Shown here: positions 9,568-18,927 of the stretch, piece after piece
Layout of the letters: each line of letters begins with the position of its first letter
Numbering within the stretch: position 1 is the first letter of the stretch
Origin: a virus
Virus record (IMG/VR): IMGVR_UViG_3300035459_000118
Span: 34,972-98,971 of that record
Length of the DNA: 64,000 bases
Strand: one strand, 5' to 3'
Translations under genes and position numbers: made by a program
Notes under the pieces: model-generated
Databases searched by the model: none
What the model was told of the DNA's origin: nothing
Seen by the model: only the letters and a program-made list of their open reading frames with translations

Positions 9568-10996
9568 AGATATTGACCCGCTGGAAATAGAAATCAGAAC
9601 AACCGCACAACGATGGCTCAATAATAACAAGAACCTTTTAATTTCTGGAAGTGACTACCAAAGCCCAAGAATTAGCAGTGAAATCCCTGATTGCAGTATG
9701 CCGCTCAGCATGGATACGTATAAATTTTGTTCTCTAAGTTGTTGTTATTGTTTCAGTTTTTTCTTTAAAGCAAATAATCCAGCAATAAAAAATTCTGAAA
9801 CAGGAATGGATCTTACCAGTATTAATGCAAAAAAATTTATAGCTGCAATTTCTGGAAAACCTATTGACAGTCGTGGAGCTATGATGCATAAGCTTTTCTA
9901 TAACCGTAAATTTCTTTTACACATAGGAGGATTGGCTGATCCCTTCTGTAATTTCGAGGCAAAAAACGGAGTAGGCTATGAAATAATGAATGCTCTGGGT
10001 GATTTGAACTACCCCACTTTATTCTCTACCAAAGGAGCCAATGTTGCATTAAGCAAAAAGTATACCGACCTCTTCGAAAGGTATGCCAAACAAAACAACT
10101 TCGCCTTTCAAGTCAGCATGGTGACCAATGATAAAAACATGGCTTCCAGGGTAGAAATTGGAGTCCCATCCCCAGAACAAAGAATCGAATTGATTCGTCG
10201 ATATAGTGCTATGGGGTATTGGACAATCCTCCGGTTACGACCTTATATTATTGGTATTACCGACGAGTCAATCGACAGTCTCCTGGAAGATGCTCTGGCA
10301 GCTGGCATCAATGCAATCAGCATGGAATTTTACGCTCTTGATGCAAGGGCTTCAGGGGAAGCCAAAAAACGCTACGATTGGCTCGGAAAGATCGTTGGCG
10401 CCAAGAACCTCATGGAATACTTCGCTCGACTTTCTCCCGGTGAACGTGGGGGATATCGTCGGTTGAATCGTCTTGTCAAAGAAATCCATGTCAAGAAGGT
10501 CTACAAGTTCTGTATCGAACATGGCCTAGAGTTTGGTTGTTCAGACCCTGATTTCAAGGAACTCACCACGACCGGATCATGTTGCGGGATGCCAGACAAA
10601 TACGAAAAGAATCATCTTCTGGAAAACTGGACCCGCCAGCAGATGACATTCCATCTTAAGGAAGCAAGAAGAATCTATCATTTAACCGGCAAATTGAATA
10701 CTTTCCGGTTTACCCAGGTATACAAAGACGAACCATATTTTGACTATCCTGGCCTAAGTCACGATCATGTTTGTGAAACAAGTATGTGCGCAGCCGACCG
10801 GGTAAACCTTACTTACCGTAGAATCCTACGCAACTATTGGAATAATCTCCGTTCGTATGCTGCTCCCCAAAACTACTTTCATGGGAAAGTCATCGCTTGC
10901 GGGATGGATGAAAACAAAGATTTGATCTATACGTATAATCCTATGCCGTATGAGAAACATTGGGCTGAAGAGGGGATTGACTTGAAAGGAAAGTAA
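9551..10996 (+). CDS. Radical SAM enzyme (spore-photoproduct-lyase-like family)
   Basis: CSLSCCYC CxxxCxxC motif, GGLADPF, STKG, RLRPYI, SCCG. Confidence 0.85.
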   Translation: MKELGKDIDPLEIEIRTTAQRWLNNNKNLLISGSDYQSPRISSEIPDCSMPLSMDTYKFCSLSCCYCFSFFFKANNPAIKNSETGMDLTSINAKKFIAAISGKPIDSRGAMMHKLFYNRKFLLHIGGLADPFCNFEAKNGVGYEIMNALGDLNYPTLFSTKGANVALSKKYTDLFERYAKQNNFAFQVSMVTNDKNMASRVEIGVPSPEQRIELIRRYSAMGYWTILRLRPYIIGITDESIDSLLEDALAAGINAISMEFYALDARASGEAKKRYDWLGKIVGAKNLMEYFARLSPGERGGYRRLNRLVKEIHVKKVYKFCIEHGLEFGCSDPDFKELTTTGSCCGMPDKYEKNHLLENWTRQQMTFHLKEARRIYHLTGKLNTFRFTQVYKDEPYFDYPGLSHDHVCETSMCAADRVNLTYRRILRNYWNNLRSYAAPQNYFHGKVIACGMDENKDLIYTYNPMPYEKHWAEEGIDLKGK

Positions 10997-11562
10997 TGAG
11001 TAAGTGCATTTTCATCGATACAGAAACTACATCCGCCAATCCCGATAGGGGTGGGCTGATTCAACTTTCAGGGATCATTGAAATTGATGGCACAATAGCC
11101 GAAGAATTCGATATTCATACCAACATTTTCAAGAATGACGAAGTGACAGAAGAAGCCCTTCAAACAAATGGATACACATTGGAACAAATCTATGGCTTCT
11201 CCCATCCCAACAAGGCTTTTGTCGAATTTAGAAAGCTCCTCGAAAAATATGTTGACCCGTATAATAAGGCTGACAAATTCATTGCCCTGGCCTATGTTGC
11301 GAATTTTGACAATACAGTCCTAAGAGAATGGTTTCGTAAAAACGGCTCCCAGTATTTTGGCAGTTATTTTTGGCACCCTTGGATTGATATATTCAATCTT
11401 GCGGCCTATTTATATCAAGACCAACGAGCGCAATTTGAGAATTTCAAAATGAAAACCGTTGCTGCTTATTTGGGAATTGAATGTGATCAAGAGCAATGCC
11501 ATGGAGCACTTTACGACACGAAAATTGCCCGGCAAATATACTACAAATTAACGAGTCAATAG
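10996..11562 (+). CDS. DEDDh 3'-5' exonuclease (DnaQ-like proofreader)
   Basis: FIDTETT, ANFD, HGALYD. Confidence 0.88.
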   Translation: MSKCIFIDTETTSANPDRGGLIQLSGIIEIDGTIAEEFDIHTNIFKNDEVTEEALQTNGYTLEQIYGFSHPNKAFVEFRKLLEKYVDPYNKADKFIALAYVANFDNTVLREWFRKNGSQYFGSYFWHPWIDIFNLAAYLYQDQRAQFENFKMKTVAAYLGIECDQEQCHGALYDTKIARQIYYKLTSQ

Positions 11563-11571
11563 GAGGAGAAA

Positions 11572-12669
11572 ATGGGAAACAAAAAAGTCAGGGTCGCTAT
11601 CATCGGGGTTGGGAACTGCGCATCGTCATTGGTGCAAGGTGTGCACTATTATCGGAATGCCAACGAAAAAGAAACAGTCCCAGGATTGATGCATGTCAAC
11701 TTGGGAGGGTACCATGTGAACGACATCGAATTTGTTGCAGCCATCGACGTTGCCGCAGCCAAAGTAGGCAAAGATCTTAACGAGGCGATCTTTGCCGGCG
11801 AGAATAATACGATTTGTTTTGACCAAGGACTCGTCAATATCCCAAGCGGAGTTACCGTCCAGAGGGGAATGGTCCATGATGGCATTGGGCAGTATCTCAA
11901 GGAGGTCATCCCAATTGCTCCTGGGTCGACCGAAGATATCGTTCAGCTGCTGAAAGACACCCATACCGATGTGGTCGTGAACTATTTGCCGGTCGGTTCC
12001 GAAGAAGGAACAAAATGGTATGTAGAACAAATCCTGCAAGCCGGTTGTGCCATGGTCAACTGCATTCCTGTTTTCATCGCCTCGGCACCGTTCTGGTCAA
12101 ACAGGTTTAAGGCAAAAAATCTTCCCATTGTGGGGGATGACATCAAATCGCAGGTCGGAGCGACAATTACGCACCGGGTATTATCGTCTCTGTTTCAGGC
12201 TCGGGGAGTCCGCCTTGACCAAACATACCAACTAAACTTTGGTGGCAATACGGATTTCCTCAATATGCTGGAACGTGGCAGGCTGGAGTCAAAGAAGATT
12301 TCCAAGACCAGTTCAGTCCAGTCTACTATGGAAAAGGAATTGAACTGTAACGATATTCATGTCGGTCCTTCAGACTATGTTCCGTTCCTCACCGACCGTA
12401 AGTTCTGTTACATCCTCATGGAAGGAACCACGTTCGGCAATGTTCCCCTGAAGCTCGAACTCAAGCTCGAAGTCTGGGACAGCCCCAACAGTGCCGGCGT
12501 CGTGATTGATGCCGTCAGGTGTGCAAAATTGGCTTTTGACAATGGGGTGTCAGGAGCCTTGAAATTACCCTCGGCCTATTTCATGAAACACCCAGCCGAG
12601 CAAATCGAGGATACCATTGCGAAGCTGAAGCTGGAAGAATGGATCAAAATGATTGGAGAAAAGGAATGA
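11572..12669 (+). CDS. ino1: Myo-inositol-1-phosphate synthase
   Basis: [60 protein letters not shown]; full length with intact motifs. Confidence 0.97.
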   Translation: MGNKKVRVAIIGVGNCASSLVQGVHYYRNANEKETVPGLMHVNLGGYHVNDIEFVAAIDVAAAKVGKDLNEAIFAGENNTICFDQGLVNIPSGVTVQRGMVHDGIGQYLKEVIPIAPGSTEDIVQLLKDTHTDVVVNYLPVGSEEGTKWYVEQILQAGCAMVNCIPVFIASAPFWSNRFKAKNLPIVGDDIKSQVGATITHRVLSSLFQARGVRLDQTYQLNFGGNTDFLNMLERGRLESKKISKTSSVQSTMEKELNCNDIHVGPSDYVPFLTDRKFCYILMEGTTFGNVPLKLELKLEVWDSPNSAGVVIDAVRCAKLAFDNGVSGALKLPSAYFMKHPAEQIEDTIAKLKLEEWIKMIGEKE

Positions 12670-13370
12670 AAACAATACCAGGATTTGAGTTTCGGGAAGA
12701 TTCTAATGCAGACATACGAGCCTTTTCCGAAGCTCGACATGACTGGAAATTGTTTACGTTCCCTGGAGAGGCAAGGGTCTTGGACTTGGGTGCCCATATA
12801 GGGATATTTGCCTATTTTGCGGCACCCAATTGCCGTAAACTCTTGTGTGTAGAACCATCACGAGAATCGTTCAATATCCTCGAACGCAATGCCAAGCTGA
12901 TAAAAACCGTATTCCCAGCAGTGGAAATAGAAACACTTCCCGCTGCAGTGGTTCAAAGCGAATTGAACGGACAAAAAGTCCAGCTTTACCAAAAGAAAAA
13001 TTCCGAAACCAGCGACACCCTCCTCCCAACTAGGGGGAGGGTCGGAAGTTCAACCATGGGGGTAGGCATCCTGGAACTCTGCAAAAGGTTCCTCCCCACC
13101 ACAATCAAATGTGACATAGAATGTTCCGAATACAATGTCATCCCAGAAATCCTGTCATTCTCAAGCATACTGGAAATTGGGATTGAATTCCACCGGCTCC
13201 AACAGGGAGACAACTTGGAAAGGGCTAAAGCCATTTCCGAAGCCATCATCAATAACTGGGGAGGAGGCCATGTTATTATTAAACCTCCTGTTTTTGACAA
13301 AAAATATTGGAATACTGTAGCCATATACAGGCGTAACCTTTCCTCAAGATTCAGGAAGAACAATGGATAA
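12666..13370 (+). CDS. FkbM-family SAM methyltransferase
   Basis: [25 protein letters not shown]; ATGA overlap with ino1. Confidence 0.85.
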   Translation: MKTIPGFEFREDSNADIRAFSEARHDWKLFTFPGEARVLDLGAHIGIFAYFAAPNCRKLLCVEPSRESFNILERNAKLIKTVFPAVEIETLPAAVVQSELNGQKVQLYQKKNSETSDTLLPTRGRVGSSTMGVGILELCKRFLPTTIKCDIECSEYNVIPEILSFSSILEIGIEFHRLQQGDNLERAKAISEAIINNWGGGHVIIKPPVFDKKYWNTVAIYRRNLSSRFRKNNG

Positions 13371-14481
13371 ATCCGTCGAAAGCGTCAGGAAAATTGCCGC
13401 CGAAGCCGATCAATGGAAGAACTTTGCCGATTTTTGTCGACTTGAAATGGCGGTAGGTGGGCCAGACCCTCACATGAAGTTGACCGCAGCAATGTGCAAT
13501 CTAGATTCGTGTCCCTGGTCAGAAAAGGCATGGAGGGGACTTTGTTACCTTGGAGTTTACAATGTTCCCACCGCCGAGCAAATATGGAATGCGTGGCACT
13601 TTGAGCGATCTATCATTGAGAGGGAAGAATTTCTTCCTTGGTTTACCAAACACTGGCAAGGGATTGCGCTCCGTCGGGAGCGTAAAAGTGCCCGTAGCCC
13701 AATCAAGATGGCAAAGTATTTTGAAACCGCTTCTGCTTGGCTTTCTGAAGCACTCCTTGATAAAAAAGAAGGGATCGGATGGATCGGAGGGATGAAAGAT
13801 TTATCCCCTTTTGACCGTTACGAATTTGCCTGGGAGAATGTCCAGCAAATATACTCGATGGGTCGCTACATTGCTTTCAAGTATCTTCAGTATGGGATGC
13901 AATATCTTGATTTCCCTATCAATCTGCAAGATATCCGAGCAAAAGGAGGATGGTCTCCTCGTGCCATGTTGGCAATTCTTTGGCCAGATCAGGCAGTTCC
14001 TATCCTGGGAGGGGATTCTCCAGAAGAAATTGCAGTTGTTGATACGTATGCTGCGAAAACAAAAGCATATTTATTAGAAGGGTATGGAGTAGACCTCTCT
14101 TGGTATAATTTGCAGGTCTTGCTATGCGACTACAAACAATGCTATGTTGGGAAAAGGCAATTCCCAGGGAGAAGTCAAGATAGTGAAATTGCCTATGCCA
14201 AGAAGATTGAAGATTATTGGGGAGGCGATACAATTATGTGGGAGGCTCGCTCCATGATCTTTCCTCATCAAGCCCTAGGAGAAATGAATGGTTGGTATTC
14301 TGTCCGTGAAGAATTAGGCAAGGTCCTTTACGACCATGGATATATGTGGTCTGATCTGATTTACGATTACAATCTTTCAAAAACCCGTCTTGCTACTCCA
14401 GTGAAACACGGGGAGAAGCCAGGGAAAAGTCAAAAAACCCTAGCCTGGGAGTCAGGATTCGGGAGGTTTTTTAAAAAGTGA
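13363..14481 (+). CDS. Amino acid:DNA transferase (aGPT-PPlase2/ADDT-like, HhH-glycosylase fold)
   Basis: GGPDP N-terminal motif, RRERK, HhH-like MGRYIAFKY, SPR, QVLLCDYK..FPGRSQD matching the E-x-x-L-C-x-x-K..Y-P-G pattern. Confidence 0.75.
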   Translation: MDKSVESVRKIAAEADQWKNFADFCRLEMAVGGPDPHMKLTAAMCNLDSCPWSEKAWRGLCYLGVYNVPTAEQIWNAWHFERSIIEREEFLPWFTKHWQGIALRRERKSARSPIKMAKYFETASAWLSEALLDKKEGIGWIGGMKDLSPFDRYEFAWENVQQIYSMGRYIAFKYLQYGMQYLDFPINLQDIRAKGGWSPRAMLAILWPDQAVPILGGDSPEEIAVVDTYAAKTKAYLLEGYGVDLSWYNLQVLLCDYKQCYVGKRQFPGRSQDSEIAYAKKIEDYWGGDTIMWEARSMIFPHQALGEMNGWYSVREELGKVLYDHGYMWSDLIYDYNLSKTRLATPVKHGEKPGKSQKTLAWESGFGRFFKK

Positions 14482-15542
14482 GCACCTTAAAGGTCCATAC
14501 TATTATTCCCGGAAAACTATACCAGAGAGGGGAATTTGTTAAACTCTCATTGAAAGAGAAGTTGAGCGAACTACAAAGGCTCAGGGTGAATATCATCGTC
14601 AACCTCTGGAATATCCCAGACATTCTTTTGAAGGATGAAATTCCTTATTATTATCACCTTCCAATCCCAGACAGCACCATAAAAGATAGTCAGTTATTGC
14701 TACATACCGTAAAAGAAGTTGCGCAGCTAATCAAAAATGGTGGAAATGCTATTGTTCATTGTCATGCTGGAAGAAACAGGAGTGGGTTGTTCAATGCTTT
14801 GTTGTGTATGAACTTATTGGGGATGTCGGGTACCGAGGCAATAGAACATGTCAGAAAACGCAGACCAAATGCGCTGGCGAATGAAAACTTCGTGAAGTTT
14901 ATTCTTGAACAAGGAGAAAATAAGATGCTCACGCGTAGAATAATCGCCATTGGTGGAGTCCCAGGAACAGGAAAAACCTGTTTGGTCAGAAAATTAATGG
15001 AGCCGGAAGATCAATGGGGTTGTTGCGAACTTGCAAAACTCTTGGTTGCCGAATATAACAAAACACTCAATTTATACGTTTTGGGGAAATACGAAAAAGG
15101 CGAGGTTTTCGCTGGAACCGATCGGCTTTCCATGGCCGTCCAGCCAGAAGCACAAAAATGGGTTGAATCAAGTTGTTCCAATATCCTTTTCGAAGGAGAC
15201 CGGCTTTTCAATGGATCTTTTCTGAGCTTCCTTTTGACCTTGCCGAATACTGAATTGCTCGTGATTTACCTGAAAGCCTCAGAATTTGAACTGAGGAAAA
15301 GATATCAACAACGAGGTTCCGACCAATCCTTACAATTCCTGAAGGGAAGAGAAACAAAATACGCCAAAATCAGACAAGATATGAGGCTCCGAAAATTCAG
15401 TTGCGAGTTTGCCCATGAAACCCCAGAAGATACAAAAAAGATCATTGCCACTGTTCAAGCCTTTCTTTCCACTGGAACTTTACCCCCTACATTGCAAACC
15501 GCTGCCCCCACAGGAATCATGAGCTTCCTTAAAAAGAGGTAA
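14478..15542 (+). CDS. CX5R (PTP/DSP) phosphatase fused to P-loop nucleotide/DNA kinase (5-hmdU-kinase-type family)
   Basis: PIPD loop and HCHAGRNRS; then GGVPGTGKT, VLGKY, FAGTDRLSMAVQP, ILFEGDRLF. Confidence 0.82.
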   Translation: MSTLKVHTIIPGKLYQRGEFVKLSLKEKLSELQRLRVNIIVNLWNIPDILLKDEIPYYYHLPIPDSTIKDSQLLLHTVKEVAQLIKNGGNAIVHCHAGRNRSGLFNALLCMNLLGMSGTEAIEHVRKRRPNALANENFVKFILEQGENKMLTRRIIAIGGVPGTGKTCLVRKLMEPEDQWGCCELAKLLVAEYNKTLNLYVLGKYEKGEVFAGTDRLSMAVQPEAQKWVESSCSNILFEGDRLFNGSFLSFLLTLPNTELLVIYLKASEFELRKRYQQRGSDQSLQFLKGRETKYAKIRQDMRLRKFSCEFAHETPEDTKKIIATVQAFLSTGTLPPTLQTAAPTGIMSFLKKR

Positions 15543-15544
15543 CA

Positions 15545-18500
15545 ATGTTTACACACCTGCATGTCCATAATCACTTCAGCTACCTCGATGGCTTCGGTAC
15601 CGAAGAAGAATACATCAAAAGAGCCAAAGAACTCGGAATGACACATCTTGCTATCACAAATCACGGGAACGTGGATGGCAATATCAAATTTCAAAAAGCC
15701 TGTAAGAAAGCTGGGATCACCCCCATCCATGGGTGCGAACTCTATGTTATTCCTGATGAATATCAAAAACCCAAAGGCGAAAAAAGAGGACATATAATCG
15801 TCCTTGTTAAAAACGCGAAGGGATGGCAGAATCTTTGTCAAATGCTCACCATCGCCCACCTTGAGGGCTTCTACTATAGGCCTCGCATCGGATACAAGAA
15901 TTTTCTGGAACGGTGCGAAGGGTTGGTCGTTCTGACAGGCTGTTCTTCTTCGTTTTTAGCAAAAGACACCACCGACAAAGCACTTGATTTCGTTTCCGCA
16001 TTGTATGACAAAATAGGGTCAGATTTATATCTGGAAACAATGCCCCACCGTCTGGAAGAACAAGACAAACAAAACGCTCTGTGCCTCGATTTTCAGGGAC
16101 AAGTAGGAAATATTAAGCTAGTTGCCACCAACGACTGTCATTATATCCATCCCGATGAAGCCGAATCCCAAGAAGTTCTTTTGGCAATTCAAACCAAAAA
16201 GAAATGGTCAGAAACCGACCGTTATCGCTTTACTATCAGAGGGCTTTACCTCAAGTCAGAAGAAGAAATGCGCCGAGCATTCAAATTACAAGCAATTCTC
16301 TCTGATTCCCAAATCGATCAGGCATTTGCTTCAACGATGGAAATAGCTGAAAAATGCCAATTTCTGATTCCTAAACAGGACATCTCTCTCCCAAAAGTTC
16401 CTGGATATGAAAACGAAGACCCAGGGAAATTTATATGGGACCTAGCCGAGAAGAAACTCTTAAAAATCAGCGAAAATTGGTCGACTGAAAAGATCAATAT
16501 ATACTTGGACCGGCTTTCAGAAGAATGGAAGTTGATAAATTCAAAGAACTTCAGTCAATATTTTATGATCATCTGGGAATTAACTTCTTGGTGCCGTAAG
16601 AATAAAATACCCGTTGGCCCTGGCCGTGGCAGCGTAGGAGGGAGCCTTCTGGCTTATCTTTTGGAAATCACTACGTGTCTAGACCCCATTGAGTATCATC
16701 TTTTGTTTTCTCGTTTTATCGCAGAAGACCGTATTGATTATCCTGATATCGACTTAGACTTTGCCGATATAGAACGTCTTAGAATTCGCGAACATCTTGA
16801 AGCCCTTTATGGGAAAGATCACATTTCCTCCCTTTCCACATTCACAACAATGAAAGGAAGGGGTTGTGTTCGTGATGTTTGCCGGGTATTTGAAGTTCCA
16901 ATATACGAAGTCGATGCATTGGCAAAATCTATTTTTGAAGACCCAGAATCAGATGAAAGTGGCGTTGAAAATGTTTTAAAAAACACCGATTTTGGGAAGG
17001 TATTTCTTGAAAAGAACCCCAAGGTATGTCAGCATATTCTAAAGCTGGAAGGTCAATGCCGTGGAGCCGGCCAACATGCAGCGGCAATAATGATTTCCGG
17101 AGAAAGCCTCCGCAACGGGACAAGAGGCAACCTTGTCATGCGCTCCGAGGAAACCGTCACCAATTGGGATATGGGGGACTCTGAATACGTAGGATTAATG
17201 AAACTCGATGTCCTTGGGTTGAATACCCTTTCCGTATTAGAAGAAGCCAAACGGCTCATTATCAAAAACTCAGCAAAAACAGGGTTTGATTTCGACTCAA
17301 TCCCATTGAATGATGAAAAAGTTTACCAGAGTCTTTATGAAGGAAACACCAATGGAGTTTTTCAGTTTTCAGCTTGGGCGACTACCAATCTTGCCAAACA
17401 ACTTAAAGCAACCAATATTTTTGAACTCGCCGACATCATCGCCCTAGTAAGGCCAGGTCCAGCAGACAGCGGACAAACCGACTTGTATATTAAACGAAAG
17501 AACGAAGGGTTGGAATGGCAACCAAAGCATCAAATTTATGAAGAAATAACTAGGAATACTTTTGGCATCATCGTGTATCAAGAACAAGTAATGGAAGTTA
17601 TTCATAAGGTCGCTGGATTACCTTATGCTACTGCTGATAAGATTCGCAAGATCATTGGTAAAAAAAGAGATGTTAAAGAATTCCAGCCTTATAAGGATGC
17701 CTTTATACAAGGTTGCGCAAAGATGAAAACCCTCTCCCATAAAGAGGCTGAAGAATTCTGGGAGATGCTTGAAAAACACGCACACTATAGTTTTAACAAA
17801 TCCCATTCTATCGCCTATGCCCTTATCGGTTATTGGACTTCTTGGATAAAGGTCCATTTCCCCGTTGAATTCATCTGCGCTTCTCTTACTTACGGTTCAG
17901 AAAGCAAGAAAGAAGATCTCCTACAAGAAGCCTTCGATATGGGGTTGAAAATCATTACCCCCAAAATTGGTATTTCTGATGCAACAGTATGGGTAGCAAA
18001 AGACGACTCCCTCTATATCCCATTCAATGAAATAAAAGGGGTCGGAGATACGACCGCCAAGAAACTGAGTGAGGTTAAAGAAGCCGCAATTCCTATACGC
18101 AAGGGCTTCTTTTGGCCAACCAAGCAAATTAAAGCTCCTCAAAAATCGGTTAATAAAAAAGTAGACTCATTGCTTGCTCAAATTGCCGAGGCTGAAAATA
18201 CTTCTAAAGATTTATCGGAATTCTTCTCTTTCAAAATCCCTTCTGATCGGCAAAAAAATTACGATATTCTGAAAAGAACTATACCTCAATTTGACGGGAA
18301 CAAAAGATGGTTGAACCTCGATGTCCCTGAAATTAAAAGCAACCAACCATTAATTTATGAAAAATCTTTTGTCCCAAAACGATCGCTCGGAAGATGTAAC
18401 GATTGCGAACTGCACAAGGAATGCGACGGTCCAGTCCCATCTTCGCCAGGAATATTCAATGTCGGAATAATAGGAGAGGCTCCAGGATTTGATGAAAATC

Positions 18501-18919
18501 AACAAAAGAAAGGTTTTGTTGGTAAGTCTGGGAAGATGCTTTGGGATGAACTGATAAAATATGATCTTCGGAGAGAAGACTTCCATGTCGGTAATGCTGC
18601 TAAATGTTATCCCGGGATCAACAAAACTCCATCTGCCGAACAACTGAAAATTTGTTCAGAAAAATGGTTGTTCCCCGAACTAAAAGAAATTGACTGTAAA
18701 TTGATACTGGCTTTTGGCAATTGTTGCCTCCAGGCATTTATGGGGAAGAAATCGGGGATAACTCAGATAAGCGGAACCACGGAATGGTGCGAGAAAGCTG
18801 GAGCCTGGATATGCTTTTGTGTTCACCCCGCATTTGTTTTAAGAAGCCCAGAAAATAAAAACCTCTTTAAGTCTGGAATTAAAAACTTCGTCGATAAAAT
18901 TCGTCTATTAGAAGGGTAA
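15545..18919 (+). CDS. dnaE: DNA polymerase III alpha with C-terminal family-4 uracil-DNA glycosylase domain
   Basis: PHP HLHVH..SYLDG, GPGRGS, PDIDLDF, KLDVLG, YSFNKSH; C-terminal CNDC..GEAPG..FVG..KCYP..C..HPA. Confidence 0.95.
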   Translation: MFTHLHVHNHFSYLDGFGTEEEYIKRAKELGMTHLAITNHGNVDGNIKFQKACKKAGITPIHGCELYVIPDEYQKPKGEKRGHIIVLVKNAKGWQNLCQMLTIAHLEGFYYRPRIGYKNFLERCEGLVVLTGCSSSFLAKDTTDKALDFVSALYDKIGSDLYLETMPHRLEEQDKQNALCLDFQGQVGNIKLVATNDCHYIHPDEAESQEVLLAIQTKKKWSETDRYRFTIRGLYLKSEEEMRRAFKLQAILSDSQIDQAFASTMEIAEKCQFLIPKQDISLPKVPGYENEDPGKFIWDLAEKKLLKISENWSTEKINIYLDRLSEEWKLINSKNFSQYFMIIWELTSWCRKNKIPVGPGRGSVGGSLLAYLLEITTCLDPIEYHLLFSRFIAEDRIDYPDIDLDFADIERLRIREHLEALYGKDHISSLSTFTTMKGRGCVRDVCRVFEVPIYEVDALAKSIFEDPESDESGVENVLKNTDFGKVFLEKNPKVCQHILKLEGQCRGAGQHAAAIMISGESLRNGTRGNLVMRSEETVTNWDMGDSEYVGLMKLDVLGLNTLSVLEEAKRLIIKNSAKTGFDFDSIPLNDEKVYQSLYEGNTNGVFQFSAWATTNLAKQLKATNIFELADIIALVRPGPADSGQTDLYIKRKNEGLEWQPKHQIYEEITRNTFGIIVYQEQVMEVIHKVAGLPYATADKIRKIIGKKRDVKEFQPYKDAFIQGCAKMKTLSHKEAEEFWEMLEKHAHYSFNKSHSIAYALIGYWTSWIKVHFPVEFICASLTYGSESKKEDLLQEAFDMGLKIITPKIGISDATVWVAKDDSLYIPFNEIKGVGDTTAKKLSEVKEAAIPIRKGFFWPTKQIKAPQKSVNKKVDSLLAQIAEAENTSKDLSEFFSFKIPSDRQKNYDILKRTIPQFDGNKRWLNLDVPEIKSNQPLIYEKSFVPKRSLGRCNDCELHKECDGPVPSSPGIFNVGIIGEAPGFDENQQKKGFVGKSGKMLWDELIKYDLRREDFHVGNAAKCYPGINKTPSAEQLKICSEKWLFPELKEIDCKLILAFGNCCLQAFMGKKSGITQISGTTEWCEKAGAWICFCVHPAFVLRSPENKNLFKSGIKNFVDKIRLLEG

Positions 18920-18927
18920 CTTATTAT

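Noticed and set aside
11572-12669. ino1 as a plain auxiliary metabolic gene for host lipids or compatible solutes
   Set aside because: Not excluded, but no CDP-alcohol transferase or mycothiol gene is nearby and it is translationally coupled to DNA-modification genes.
15545-18919. Intein or intron in dnaE (also checked dnaB and recA)
   Set aside because: Motifs are contiguous and no splice-junction signature is present; the extra length is the UDG domain.
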